Assembly (NCBI RefSeq): GCF_009914755.1
Contig: NC_060941.1
Reading direction: 5' to 3' (one strand)
DNA length: 64,000 bases
Source of the DNA: the human T2T-CHM13v2.0 reference genome, Homo sapiens
Positions 28,135-42,960 of this stretch are shown here, one piece after another. Both the position numbers and the translations under genes were made by a program. A model generated the notes under the pieces. The model was not told the DNA's origin. It saw only the letters and a list, made by a program, of their open reading frames with translations, and did no database searches. The stretch's first letter is position 1. Every line of letters begins with the position of its first letter.

Positions 28135-28306
28135 GCTGCCAAACTTCTTTACTAAAAGGTTGCTCTAATTACACGGCCCCAAATCACACATATATGAAAG
28201 TGTCATTTTCAACACAACATTATTTTCAGAGAGAAAATGTTCCTTACTTTGCATATTGCAGGGGAAAGACTGTATTCTGCAGGTCCTGTACGTGACTGCA
28301 AGAAAG

Positions 28307-28414
28307 GACCAGTATTACAAGGCCAGAGACAGAGAAGGCCCCACAGTGACATCTGGACCGACCAGTATTACAAGGCCGGAGACAGAGAAGGCCCCACAGT
28401 GTGACATCTGGACC
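28307..28414. repeat. Near-perfect tandem duplication (53 + 55 bp)
   Basis: gaccagtattacaaggcc(a/g)gagacagagaaggccccacagtg(tg)acatctggacc twice. Confidence 0.92.
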
Positions 28415-28468
28415 AAATCTTTTTGGTGAACCCAAGTGCTGAGTTATTGATCAGGAAGTGAAGGGGGA

Positions 28469-28912
<444 letters not shown>

Positions 28913-28949
28913 TCAAGCAGGACTAGAGAAAGTGTCTCTGGTATGTCTT

Positions 28950-29300
28950 CATTCCAGCCGTCCTGCTGTGTGTGAAGTGGTATCTCACTGTTCCGCTTTG
29001 CATCTCCCTAACGACTAATGACATCAGGCATCTTTTTATGGGCTTATTGGCCTTTGTTGTTTTTTTTTTTGAGATGGAGTCCTTTGAGGTGGGAAAGTTT
29101 TATTTTATTTTGGTAAAGTCCATCTTATCTATTTTGTTGTTGCTGTCACCTGTACTTTTAGTGTCATGTTTAAGAAGCCGTTGCTTAATCCAAGGTTATG
29201 AAGTTTGACGCCTGCGCCGACTCCAGCACTTTTATAGCTTTAGCTGTTACGTCTAGGCCTTTGGTCCGTTTTGAGTTAATTTTTGTAAATGGTGTGATGA
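28950..29300 (-). mobile_element. Old L1M ORF2/3' fragments
   Basis: gtgtgaagtggtatctcactg...tttgcatctccctaacgactaatgac...ttttgagttaatttttgtaaatggtgtga. Confidence 0.7.
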
Positions 29301-30070
29301 AGTCTTAAATAAGCATAGCTTGGACTTTTGGATCTATTTTTAACTTTGAGAATGTTTTCTGCAGGAATGGCAGAAATAGATGTATTGCTGGAGTGACTTT
29401 GGAACTGTATAAAGAAAAGGTGAACGCCAGAGGCTGAAGAGGGAAGGAGCTCTTTCCCTAGCAGGTTTCTGTGTAGCGAGCATCCGTGGCTGGGGTTAAA
29501 GTGTTATTTCATTATGCAGTTTATCAAATGGGAAAAGACAAAACCTAAGGGCATTTGTATCTACTCCATACCATAAAAGTTTGCCATTTTACTTTGATCA
29601 TATAACAACTCTGAAAAATACTGTTTTTCATGGATTAATCAAATTACCAACATTACTTTAAAATCACACCGAGTCACTCTTTCTGTGCCGCAAGGTGCTA
29701 GGCCAGTGACATCTCTGATCTTGGGAGCAGCTGTTAGGAGCCTGATGTTAATGACAGATAAAAATTGATGTCAGATAGAAAATTAACCTCCTTCAGGGTA
29801 TGTGAAACTGCTTCCCCTAATCCTATGTTCTTCCTTAGCAAACCGAATGCAACCCAGGAGCTCTGAAGAAGGAAAATGATCAGCTGTTTATCTGCTTGGC
29901 ACCCTTTGGAACAGTCATTTTCCCATCTCATTTGAAAGCAGCAGTTAGAAAAATCACAAAGAAATAGTCTTTCTAAAGTTTTCCTTCCATTTTAATTCTT
30001 TTGTGTTTTTCTTCATCACATTTTCCATACACCCCACACGATTAAAGAATGGTCATTCTGCGTTTCAAGG

Positions 30071-30330
30071 GGCCCAGGCGGGAGGATCACTTGAGACTAG
30101 GAGTTTGAGACCAGCCTGGGCAACATAGCAACACCCAGTCTGTACCAAACTTTCTTCAAAAAATTAGCCTGGTATGGTGGTGCGCCTATGGTCCCAGCTT
30201 CTCGGGAGAAGGAGGCAGGAGGATGACTAGAGCCCGGGAGTTCACCACTACCGTGAGCTGAGATCATGCCACTGCACTCCAGCCCACACAGCAGAGTGGG
30301 GCAAGACCTGGTCTCTTAAAAGAATAAAAT
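30071..30330 (+). mobile_element. AluJ, 5'-truncated
   Basis: ggcgggaggatcacttgagactaggagtttgagaccagcctgggcaacatagc...gtctcttaaaagaataaaa. Confidence 0.85.
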
Positions 30331-33300
30331 ATTGACTGAGGATCAGGACGGTAAAATCACGAGACCTCAGAGAAGGAACAACTGTCGTGGCACCTCATGT
30401 GCGGTGTCTGGCCGCGGCGCCTGCGAATGGGTTTTGCTCTTGGTTGTCTTGGAACCAAACATCTGTGTGCTGGCATGGACTGGACATCGCCAGGTGTTTG
30501 GACCATATCTTTGTGGTTTAGCACAAAACCAAGACATACAGTTTGTACCTGTCATAGTCACTGGAGAAGCCGTGCTGTTAATTGATACAGAAACACAGCC
30601 GTGGGCTGAGATGCACCTTCTGAGCCCATGGCTGTCCTCAGCCTCATCACAGACCCCACGCTGAATGGTCCTGCCGGACTAGGCATGAGGGCTGGAGCTC
30701 ATGTGTGCGCCCGTAAGCTGGCTTTCCATTCAGTGGTTTCAACTTCTGCCTGTAGAAACACCAAAATTGTCCATGAGGTAAATGAAAATACATCCCAGGA
30801 CACTCTCACTGTCCTCCCATTGTCTGGTGTCTTGTTGAGGGCTCTGGCCAGGTCAACAGGCAACTGTTTTGTCCTGTGAAAGTGTGGCGCCTCCGTGGCT
30901 TTCTGGGAGAACCGAAGAGAGAGACTTGCAGTCGGCGAGGAACTCCTTGGCGCAAGCAGCGTGCGGATCTCCTCATGCTTCTGCCGTGCCTACGTGCACT
31001 GACGTCGTCACAGGTGGGGGATAAGATTCCGTCGCGGTCGGAGTTTTCCTGTGTGAACATTGAGATGTGCAATTCCGTGACCGCAGGCACTGCCCCTCCG
31101 ACACAGTGGGGTTCATCTGCTTGCGGAAGCCTCTTAAGGGCGGTTGGGAGAGACCCTCAGTGGCGCGTGTCTGGAGGCTGCTGACCTAGCGTCGCAACCA
31201 TAGACCAGGAACACAAGCAGATAAAAGCAGCAAGTGGGACAGATTGAACCAGCTCTTGGCATAGTTTCCCACCCCCCAGCTAGTTCAGGAGTCTGTGGAC
31301 AAACTGTGTTTCAAGCATGTTGAACAACGCAGTGTGCATTTCCAAGTTCATTGGAAAATCTATGTGAGTTCACTTGTTTGCCACCAGAATGCCAGGAGTG
31401 AGCTCCGTTCTCGGGGTGCTCTTCCTTAGCCCCCAGTTTTTGCGGTGGCTTAAGGCTCTGCAGGAGTCGGGGGTACCCAGGCTCCACTCCTTGGCCCGAC
31501 TCCATGCTGTTGCGGCTCTCATCTGCTGTGGGAAACTCGCTCCTCGTGGACATTTTCCACGCCTCTGGCTGGATTTCTGCTCAGTAGCCTTCAGCCAGCG
31601 GTGTTCTCATCGTGTCCATCTGCTTCTATTAAGTTAATGGGCACAGACACACGGCCCATAAAGCAGCTGGATCAAAAGTCTGGTTCTTATCAGACGACTT
31701 AATTGATAAATGTCGCAATCACAAGAAGCTGAAATGCTGTTGTGCAATGACTTCCAGAATGGTGTTCTGGGCACGTCAGCTTCCCTAAGTACAACTGGAG
31801 CCGTCGGTGGAGAAGAGCGGAAAGGGAGAGTTCAGTTGGTAGGAGGGAGGGGTCCAGCGAGAGACAGGGATGTACACGAAGTCTGTTTAACTTTACATAT
31901 TGGGTGCAGAAACCACCACGGTTTAAATGCTTAGGAAGACAACTGGATAGACGGTGGTTTGTTTCTAGCCCTGATTCTGAACTCATCTGTCCTGAAAAAC
32001 AGTTGCTGACACCCTCTGACCCTCAGAGGCGGTCCGGGCTAGAAGGGGATTGGTGGAGGACATCTCGGCAGGGCTGCTGTAGGCGGATGTTGTCCAGTCA
32101 GAGCGGAACCGTGACCTGTGATACGTATACTTTTCATTTTTGCCGTTTATGCTATTTTTAGATTGTCTTTATTTTACATATTAGGAATTTGCACACACGT
32201 CAGGTGAGTCCTAAGAGTCACAGAGGAAGTTCCTTCTTAGCCTGTGGCAGGGTGGATCCTGCAGCTCCCTTCCCCCCTCACCCTCCCCCCGGGGGGCCTC
32301 ACTCACACAGCCCCTCCGGCTCCCTTTCTTTTTATGAGCTTTCACCTTACTCTGTTTTCCTCTTTTCTTCCTGATTTCCCTAATTGAGTTTGAGTCAGTG
32401 CATTGAGCGTGCGCTCTCAGTTGTCAGGGGTACACACTTGTGTGTGATTTTTTATGTGGCTGAGATGCACCAGGATCCTGTCGCCTCAGCCCACTGTGGT
32501 CTTTGGGTGCAGAGGAGGGTTCTTATGCCCAGCCACTTAGCCAGCAGGGTAGCTGGGGGTGAGTTTCAGAACCTTCTGAACCTCAACTGTCTCCCCTCCA
32601 GGGCAGGAAGGATAATAACACACATCTAAGCGGGGAGGGTGATAATTGTGCCCATAGTCTAAATCTTTCTCAGATCCTCCGGTGACATTGCCGGGTGGCC
32701 TGAGCTAGGAGGAAGGGTGAGGACTTAGGCAGATGGAGGACTGTGCATTTCAGTTTTTTGTTTTAATTAATTTTTTTAACTGACAAGATAACTTAGAGGG
32801 ATTTTTTAAATTGGCAAATAGAATCTTCAGCTTTGCCTTCGGTTCCCTCATCGTAGGGTCAGCTCGTGGCTGCCACCCCAAGACAACACTTCCTCCCCGT
32901 GGCCGCCCTGCGGTTCCCTTCTTCCCGGAGGGTACCAACGAGCTAGGCCTGGTGCTGCCGAAAAGGAACTCAGGAAAAGGTTTCAAAATTTTTAATAGGA
33001 AGAATTTCCCAAGTCTAAAATACACAGAACTTACTCAAAAAGGGCCCCTTCTTGTGGATATTTTTAAGAGTACATTTTGCCACGCTGTCTCGCGTGGGGC
33101 CTCTGCAGCAGCTGAGACGTTTGGCAGTTTCTTCAAGACTTGGAGTAAAACCTCGCCTGAGATAGAATCTAAATACACTGGGCTTGGATCGCCCATTTGA
33201 CTAAATTTCGATCCCAACTCTAGCTTTCAGAAACCTCCTTATAGGGAGAGACCTATTGCTATGGGAAGGCAAGAGAAATTAATGTCTGCGTTATTCCAGC

Positions 33301-35497
33301 AAAGCCCCTGCACTGCGCTGGAGGGACTTTTGTTTGCGTCTTTGGGTTGCAGAAGGGGCTATGATTGTGCGTGGCTTATCTTGGTCTCCAGCCCAGTTTA
33401 GACCTCCTTCTAGCTGATCTCTTCTCTCACTTGTACTTTGGAAGAGAGTCAGGGCTTGGCTTTGGGTCACCAGGCGTGCAGCCATGTCAGAGCTCTGGAG
33501 CCACCTCGGTTTTGTCCCTGTCACGGGGATTGACTGATTCTTAAATGATCTGCGCGAGGCGGCCCTGGAGCCTACAGCAGCACCGTTCCCCCAGGGTATC
33601 GCTGGCCTGTGTTTCACATAGGGTCAGCTCTTCGGGGGTTGTCACTGAGTAGTAAGTGCTGAGCCCTCCTGTCCCTGTTTGCAGAGGCAGCGGCTGGTTT
33701 CTGGCTGGCCAGTGATTCCTCCACCCTGTGAACACACGTGGAAATTGACACGGTGGACTCTGGGATGTAGGGGAAGGCTCTGGGTCAAGGGCATGGCTTC
33801 TTTATATAGAAAGAACAAGTCAGATGGCAGGAAAGATATAATGGTGGGTCATTTAAGTATTGGTTCTTTGTAATTTAAAAGAATCACTTTATTTATTTAT
33901 TTTTTTATTTTTATTTTTTTTTAAAGAACTGAGTTTTATGGGTTTGCCACAAAGCCATTCTACATCCCCGACAAGAATAAGAATAGGTGAGGACCCAGCA
34001 GTCGCATGTGAAAATAAACGGTGTATTTAGCGGGAAACTAATGCCTCTTGCAGCCATCAGGCACTGTTTTCCCTTGATCCTGGAACACCTTGGTTTCCGG
34101 GGATCTCAGCCCCAGCCGTTGCCCCATAGCTGTTCCTCAGCACCGCAGTCGTGGAAGCCCTGTACTGAATTAGAACCGAGCAGCCCTGGCTCTCAAGGGG
34201 TCACGGGGTGAGAGGACCAGAGTTCTGCAGGCATTTTCACGTGAGAAACTCCAGTCCTCTGTGGCTGTCCCACTTCCTGACAGCTTGGCTTCCTTCAGGC
34301 AGCCTGAGTATTATTCCCATCTTAGCTCTGTCGGTATGTAGTATAAACACAGTCCATGTTATTGATAGTTTCTTAGGTAAAAACACATTAATATTTGAAT
34401 CGGGCCAAGGAGCACGGAGAATCTGAAGTTGTCGCAAACAAGCTGGCTGTAAATGGGCTCCTCCAGGGCAAGGCACACCCCAGAGCTACTGGGGGAGGTG
34501 GAAGCTTGCTGTGTGTTGTGTGTGTGTTTCCTGTGGTTGATGCTCATAAGCGTTACCTCCGTGGAAGAGGTTTACCTTTTTAGGAAAGAGTTGGTTTTCT
34601 GCTTTTGCAAATTTGTACCAACTGTTGATCATCTCAAGGACAGTGGAGAAGGGACAGGCAAGGAGCCTCCCTTTCAGTCTTGGCATTCTTCGAAAATAGA
34701 AGGTGGCTTCCTTAAATGATTTCCCGACTTGACTCATCAATGTAGGAATGCCTGTGTTGACACTCTCTTCCCCCTCTCTCTCTCCGTCTCTGTCCCCATC
34801 CCTTTTACTTTTTATTATAGGACAGTTTTCAACCATTCTGTGGAACAGTTGAGAGGATGATAAAGTGAACCCTGTATATATTAAATCACCTACATTTTAC
34901 AATTATTTGCTCTGTTGTTTTGTTTTTGTGGGTATGTTTGCTAAATTACAGACAACATGATGTTTTACCACCCAAATACTTAATCATTTCTTTTTTAAAA
35001 AACTGACATTTTTCTTATAACCAAATTATCTTAACTTTTTAATGTCTTTTGAACCCAAATGGCAGAGCCCTTGCAATTAGCCTTGTTCCCGTGGAAGGTG
35101 TATTCCATTGCCGGCCAGGCTCATGCATCCAGCAGGCGCCTAAGGGGCTCCTCCGATATCCAGCCAGCTCTGACAATGGGGCCGTAGCCCAGAACAAGGC
35201 AGATGGGATTGGCTCATTATGTGGGTTGGCAGAAAGCTCCGATGAGGTGTTCATCTGTATTTCTCTTACCAATGGAATAATTGTTTTTCCTTTTTGCTAG
35301 CTTGCTTCTGTAGCACGGAGGGCCACTATGAAATAGCAAACTCTTGCACTTAATTTGTATCTTGTCCTGCTTACCGGCCTAGAAGCTCCTAAATAGAGTA
35401 AACTTTTCTGTACATTACAAAGTGCAGCTGTTTAACGTTTGCAAGTTAGGAAAGTCGCTTCTACTTGGTTTTCTTCTAATAATACTAAAAGGCATAC

Positions 35498-35752
35498 TTT
35501 TTTTTTAAGGCAAAGGATCTCACTGTCACCCAGGCTAGAGTGCAGTGGCACGATCATAGCTCACTGCAGCCTTAACCTCCTGAGCTCAAACGATCCTCCT
35601 GCCTCAGCCTCCCGAGTCCTCTGACCATGCCCAGCTAACTTATTTGTGGAGATGGGGACTCAACTGTGCTGTCCACGCTGGCCTCACACTCGTGTCCTCA
35701 AGTGATCCTCCTGCCTTGGGCTCCCAGAGTGCTGGAATTACAGGCATGAGCC
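35498..35752 (-). mobile_element. AluJ
   Basis: ctgtcacccaggctagagtgcagtggcacgatcatagctcactgcagcc...ggaattacaggcatgagcc. Confidence 0.85.
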
Positions 35753-35850
35753 AAAAAAAAAACACATACTTTTAAATTTAGTTACAAATATCGCATGATT
35801 TGGCACATTAATTTCATGTGGGGATGTTTAGTTCTTTGGGTTTTTTTTAA

Positions 35851-36503
<653 letters not shown>

Positions 36504-36835
36504 TATTTTAATTGTGTATTTATTGCCACTCTGAGCTATATTTGAAAATTCCTTTTGTGAAAAAGAATATTTAAAACCAGACACCTCCAGCAGTTTGCTG
36601 TATCTCTGTATGACTAGGTTAAAATGCACAAGTCTGTGAAAGCTTCAGTGACACCTTCATCAGTGTAAATTCTAGAGACTTCACGTGCCAGCTAAGGTGA
36701 AGTAAGCCACCTACAGCCTCTCTGTCCCGCTCATTACAAAGAAAAGCTCTGGTCAGGATACAGAAAAGCAACTACCAAAGGCTAAAAATGAGCAGGGATA
36801 TTAGGGACTGGAGTCAAAGTCAGATAAAATATAGT

Positions 36836-37261
36836 GATGAATCTCTAAATGTAAAACATTTTATTTGGGAAGCAAGATTTACAGTCGAAGGCATACAGGC
36901 AGACCAGGTGGTCTTCAGTATATCTTGATGAACAAATAAAAGGTTGGCAGTTTTAAAAAGAGGAGAACTGTTTCGTGTTGCTCTTTGAGAAGGTTCTTCG
37001 GCACTAGTGAGGTTTCTGGGGAGCTGGCAGGTTCCCGACTGGTGAGTGGGTGAAATGAGTCCTCGAATCACAGCAGGTTGTGTCGGTTGCCATTAGTGAA
37101 AACTGGTTTCAAGTGGCAGCAGGCAGTTTCCGCGGCCAGGCTGGCAGAGAACTACATTGCTGGAGGAATGTTTTGTGGCCCGAGTGCTTTCCCCCGGCCC
37201 CTTGACTCTGACTGAGTTGGGTATGACAAGAATGACCCAGTTTGTATGATCAGCTCTCACA
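36836..37261 (-). mobile_element. ERV1-class solo LTR (MER90-like)
   Basis: Minus strand begins tgtgagagctgatcatacaaactgggtcattcttgtcatacccaact, as in remembered MER90-type LTRs; tttatt poly(A) signal near the other end. Confidence 0.6.
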
Positions 37262-37963
37262 GTGACAATGACAGTCATGATGGGGATGTGTTTTGAGGGC
37301 CTTTTCCTCTCCTTTGCCGAGGAACTGCACAGGGAATGCTGATGGCGAGACCTCCAGGGAAGCCACTTATGTCTTCACCACTAGAGAAGGGGGGACTCTG
37401 CATGTTGGCGAGAGCAGGGGGGTGCCACACTCCAGCACATCGTGTGTTCCCCTTCTAACCGGGAAGCTCTCCTTGTTCAGGAGTTTTCATAGAGCGTCTG
37501 TCCATGGGGAGAGGAGTGGCTAGGTGGGGTGGGTGGTGGTGTCCCGGAACCAGTCCCCCAGGGATACCCAGGGATGACTGTATATGCCCGGACCAAGTCC
37601 TGAAGGTCATAGCAGAGGCCGCTTCTGCACAGTGGGGTGGGAGAGTGAAAGTTAGACTGACGCACTTTTGCGTGACACATGTCTGTATGATTTGGGTTTT
37701 TATAGTGACCGCCATTTGCTTTTATTCTAAAATAAATCAGCATGATTCAGTGTTGTGTAAAAGATAAATATGAAAATGCTAAGCTATCTCAACATGGTGG
37801 GTTTATACAAATTTTTCACTTTTTTATGGTAAATACATGTGGGTTTTTTTTTAATTAGGAGGAAACAAAGGAATTTTCATTCTCAAAAATGAAAACAGCA
37901 TTCAATAGTTATTTGTATGATATTTGACAAGGTTACCGAGCTGAACATTAATTTGTTCTTCAT

Positions 37964-38350
37964 TGTTAAAAGAAAACTCTAGGCAAATTGAATACAACAG
38001 AGTTTAATTGAGCAAAGAACCATTCTTGAATCAGGCAGCCCCAGAACCAGAGTAGGTTCAGAGTGACACCGGCACTGCCATGTGGCTGGATACCATTCAT
38101 GGGCAGAAACGAAAGTGACTCCGGAGAATGGAAGAGCCGCAGCAGCTGGATTGGCTACCGCAGGGGGTCTGCCTTGCTTGAGCCCAGTTCGAACAGTTGG
38201 CTGCCTGTGGTAGTCTGAGACTCAGCTGCCTGTCACAAGACCAGGCTGTTTATACATCAGGTTGGGTTACAGTTCACCATGTATATGGAACCATTAGGCC
38301 AAACATAAAACATGTACGGAGGCAGCCTTTAGGCGAAACTTAATTTAACA
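37964..38350 (-). mobile_element. ERV1-class solo LTR (MER93-like) with 4-bp TSD
   Basis: tgttaaa...tttaaca termini; TSD tcat at 37960-37963 and 38351-38354; internal acagagtttaattgagcaaagaa...gaatcaggcagcccc. Confidence 0.8.
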
Positions 38351-39685
38351 TCATAAAAATCTTGAAGCCACTTGTTTGCGTACCCAGCCTGGATCCGTCA
38401 CAATTCTTGCTTCATGCCACACTCATCACTAGTCCATATTTGGCCTCCTTTTAAGCAGTTAATTAACAGGTATTTTTATAGCATAATGGGTTTCCTCAAA
38501 CCACCACCCAACCAAAACCCAGCCCTTGATGATGACCTGCGCCCACCACGCAGGGCGCCCTTGATGCACACGCACCTGCCGCCCCCGCCCTGTGACCACC
38601 GCCCTGAGTGCCAGGCTCATCATCCCTTCCATGCCCTTTCTACATTGCTACTATGCATCTGTGTGTATTCATTAAGACCATTACTTTTCTTTCAGATTTT
38701 AAATTTATTAAAGGCTTTAGTGCTGAATGTGATTTTGAGGACTCTTTTAAAAAAATACTTTTGGTTGGAATGTGGACATTTCCCACTTAGCATTGTGTTG
38801 CTCATGTTCCTCCATATTGATGTGTGTTTAGCTAGAGTACCCCCGTCTAACTCTGCGAATATGCCACACTGTGTGCACCTGCTACTCCTTAATGGACACT
38901 TGAGCTTTTTCAGCTTCTTCCTTTATTTGTTTGTTTTGCTTTGCTTTGGTGTATTGTATTTTATTTTTGCTATTACCAACAGAGATACTTTGAACATTCT
39001 TTTCTGTGTGTTCTTTTGAACACATGCAAGAATTTCTTATATATTGAAAAGCAGAGTTGCCGGATCATAGTGTATAGGAACATTCAGTTTTAAGGGATCG
39101 TGGTAAGGTGCTTTCCCAGTGGTTGTGCCATTTTACACTCCTACAGTGGTGATGGAGACAGCCTATGATCCACATCCTTTCTAGTTCTTGGCATTGCCAT
39201 TCTTGTACATTTTTGCTGAGTAGGTTTAGAATGATATCTCGTGTAGCCTGGATTTGTGTTTCTCTCATATCGCATGATGTTGAACATTTCCTCACGTTCA
39301 GTGGCCATAGTTATGTCCTCATCTTTGAGATGTCTGTTCATCCATTTTTCTATTGGATTTTTAATGCTCTTGTGGATTTATATCTAGGTTTTCAATCCTG
39401 GTTATGATGGATATTGCCACCACCTTTTTGCTTTTCATTTTAGGACGACTACAAATGTTAACAAGTTTGTGTGTCATCATTACTTCATAGATCCCCTTCA
39501 GCGTCTCTTGGAGTTTTCTCCCCTCTAACTTTAGCTTGTCATCTGAAAGTGTCTTCCTCATGAGTCTTTTTGTGACAAGTCTTCTGAGGCCATATGTGCC
39601 TCTGAGAGTATTTTTGTCATGCTCACACATTTGAATGACAGTTTGGCTGGATACAAAATTCTAGGTTTTAGCTTCCTTTTCTTCA

Positions 39686-40081
<396 letters not shown>

Positions 40082-42143
40082 GTTCTTGTTTCTTTGAATG
40101 TGATCTACTCTTTGTTTCTGGAAGCTTTGTATGTATTTTCATTGTCTTTTTAATATTCTTGATCTTCACTATGATGTACCTAATTTATGATGTTCTTCCT
40201 CTGTATATCATAAGACCTCACAGAATGTGACGATTAAAAAAATCAGTATAAAAGACAGAACAATGGTCGCCAAATAATAAGCACTAAATAAGCAACAGCT
40301 GTGTTATATTATCATTATATTCAGCTTTGTGGGTTTTTTGAGCCATTTTTATTACCTCTGCCTTTGCCCACTCTTTGACCTTTCATTGCTCAGCAACACT
40401 CTGATGTAGGTGAATGAAAGAAATCGTATAAAATGTGAAACCAGTTGTTAGCAATTCTGGTATAAAGAGAATTTACATTTTTGGCTAAAATGAAGTTTGC
40501 ATACTATCAGTGACTGATATATCCATGCTACGCTTATTCATATAGCCATGCTATAATAAAGTTGCATGATATTCCCATTTTAATTTTTTATTTAAGGGAA
40601 CATTATATTTTCACTGAATTTATAATATGCTTATCTCCCAGCCAATAATTATTTTTATAATGTGTAAGTCTCTGTGTACTAATTCCAATATCTGGCCAAC
40701 TATGAATCTGTTTTTATTGACTTTTTTCTCTTGATTTTAGATAGTATACTATCTGTTGTGGATGAGGCATTGTAGACATTCTAGATTCTGTTATTTTCTT
40801 TTGGGCAATTACACTGATCTTGTAGAGGCTTCGTTATAGGACTAGGCTCTTTTGGCTTTGATCTTAGTTCTAAGGTGTGGTTCATAATCCCTCTGGGGTG
40901 TCCATGTCCTCAGATGTGATCAAGCCCTGTAGTTTGGCAGGACCTGATCTTCTCTGTCTTCACAGTGGCAAGCAGATGTCAAAATCTCTACTCTGCGTTT
41001 TCAACCTTCCTGCTGTCCTCCACGGGGATCCTGGGAATATTATCCTGTGTGCGTGCCCTTCAGGAGCCAGCCTCCGACTCGGGGAAGGTTTACATGAGGG
41101 TTTTGGCTCCCTTCTTCCTAGGGCTTTTGCCTGCAATATCCAGGCAGCCTTGAGCATGGTCTCAACCCAGTAAGGCTGCTGCCTTTCAGTCGCATGCTAA
41201 CCCCCACATGACTTGTGAGTGAGGAGCACCCTTGGGAAAAGCCAGATGAAAGTGATTCATGCAGAGTTACTCTCATTTTCTAAGGGTCACGGCCCTTCCA
41301 TTTCCTGCCTTCCTGCCTGCATTTGTTTGTTGTTCAGAATTTTCAAATGGCTTTTTAATATTTTGTCCAGAGCTTATCATTATTGGCAAAAGGATGAGTC
41401 TGATATAAGTGATTCTGTCATTACTGGACTCTAGAAATCCCAATCAGTAAGTACATTATGGATAAAAAGACAAAGTAGCATGGTTCGCATAGGACTCAGA
41501 TTTGAAAATGCATTTCCTGTAGATCATTTTTATCCACAGAGAAATTCTGGTTTGCCTGGGACCACCGTAGGAGCTGCATGTGTCTGTGCTGGTGCAGAGG
41601 TGTCTGGGCATGGCTGAGGAGAGCATCTGCAAGTGAAGCCAGCAGAGGAGACCACTCAGAGTGGCACTGACTGGCTCGGGGAAGCACTGGGGCCACACGG
41701 GGCACTTGATGCCGTGGGAAAGGGCTGCTCTGTAGCTTCAGGCAAACGTGGGCCTCACTTTTATTTTCTCAGCTCTTTGAACGATAAAACACTGACTACT
41801 GCAGCCACAACCAAGAATATAACTTCCTCTCTGCTGGCTGAGCCAGGTATCACTTCTTGAGAGAGTGAGTGTGGCTGGCAGCCATGCATGGGGTCCAGGA
41901 TGACCAGCTCAGCCTCCCCTCGCCCTGCAGGGCTGCAAAAGTGAGACTGTCTTCACACCTCTGGCTCGTTGTCTTCCTGGTTCTGGATCTCTCAGTTCCT
42001 CTGTGTCTTTTTCTCCCATTTCCTATCCCACTGCTATGGGTACCCTCCTGGGTCCACCATCCCCCATAGAGGAGTCACTGCCACGTCTCCCCCGAACGTG
42101 CCTGACCCTTGCACTGCACCCTCCCCTGGGCCACTGTCCTTCT

Positions 42144-42195
42144 CCATCACTCACTTCCAGCCAACACTTCTGCCATCACTCACTTCCAGCCAACA
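42144..42195. repeat. Short direct repeat (23 bp, period 29)
   Basis: ccatcactcacttccagccaaca at 42144 and 42173. Confidence 0.85.
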
Positions 42196-42960
42196 GTCCG
42201 CGAGTGTGTTTTGGAGATGTGCATACTTGCTCTGCACCTGCCATTATGTTTTTAAGGGGTGTTATTTGTTCTTAATTTTAAAAGTAGGTGAATTAAACAT
42301 TTTGCATTTCTCCTACTAAAAATACTGCATTGCCTTTTTACTCTGCTGCCTCGATTCTGCCCACTGTATGCCAGTAGCCCGGATGGGAGGAGAGATGCTT
42401 TCCTACCTCCTGTTGGCGCCACGTTAGAGAAAGCCTGTCCGGCTCCACACGCGCTCCTAAGGATGGACCTGCGTCAGACATGAACCCAGCTCTGACCTGT
42501 AGGATTTTATGATTATGAACATGATATAATTGAATTTGCATTTCTTTTGTGTGTCTTGAGGCTACTCATTTATTCTACTCCAGCAGTCTCCCCAGCTCAC
42601 TTCCTTAAGAAGGAAAGAAGTGGCAGGTCCAGTCCACTCCAGCATCTCGTTTGGAGACTGAGCTTTATTAAGCATCTCGGCGCTCCTCTCCAGGGACCGG
42701 GCTTCATGTGGCTGCAAACGGCTTCTCTCCTTTCTCCTGACAACTCACTGTGGCAGCTCTGTAGTCTCACGCCTTGACAGAATGGCAATGAGATTTTCTT
42801 TACAAATCTAAAAGCTGCCGAATTAAGGAAATCTGAGTGTACTTGTTCACCGTGGTAGTCCCTGTCCCCACCTTTAACTCTTCCCTTTTTCTGCAGGCCT
42901 GTTGAATTTCCTGGGTGACTGTTCCATTCGTGCCGTTCACATTCTTTTCTTTCTCTGCAG

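Noticed and set aside
38372-39019. Longest non-VNTR ORF (215 aa, hydrophobic)
   Set aside because: Runs over T-rich antisense old L1 sequence, has a non-ATG start and resembles no known protein; the hydrophobicity follows from base composition.
40215-40560. AT-rich insert within L1 debris, possibly a DNA-transposon fragment
   Set aside because: Could not identify termini, a TSD or a family by eye.
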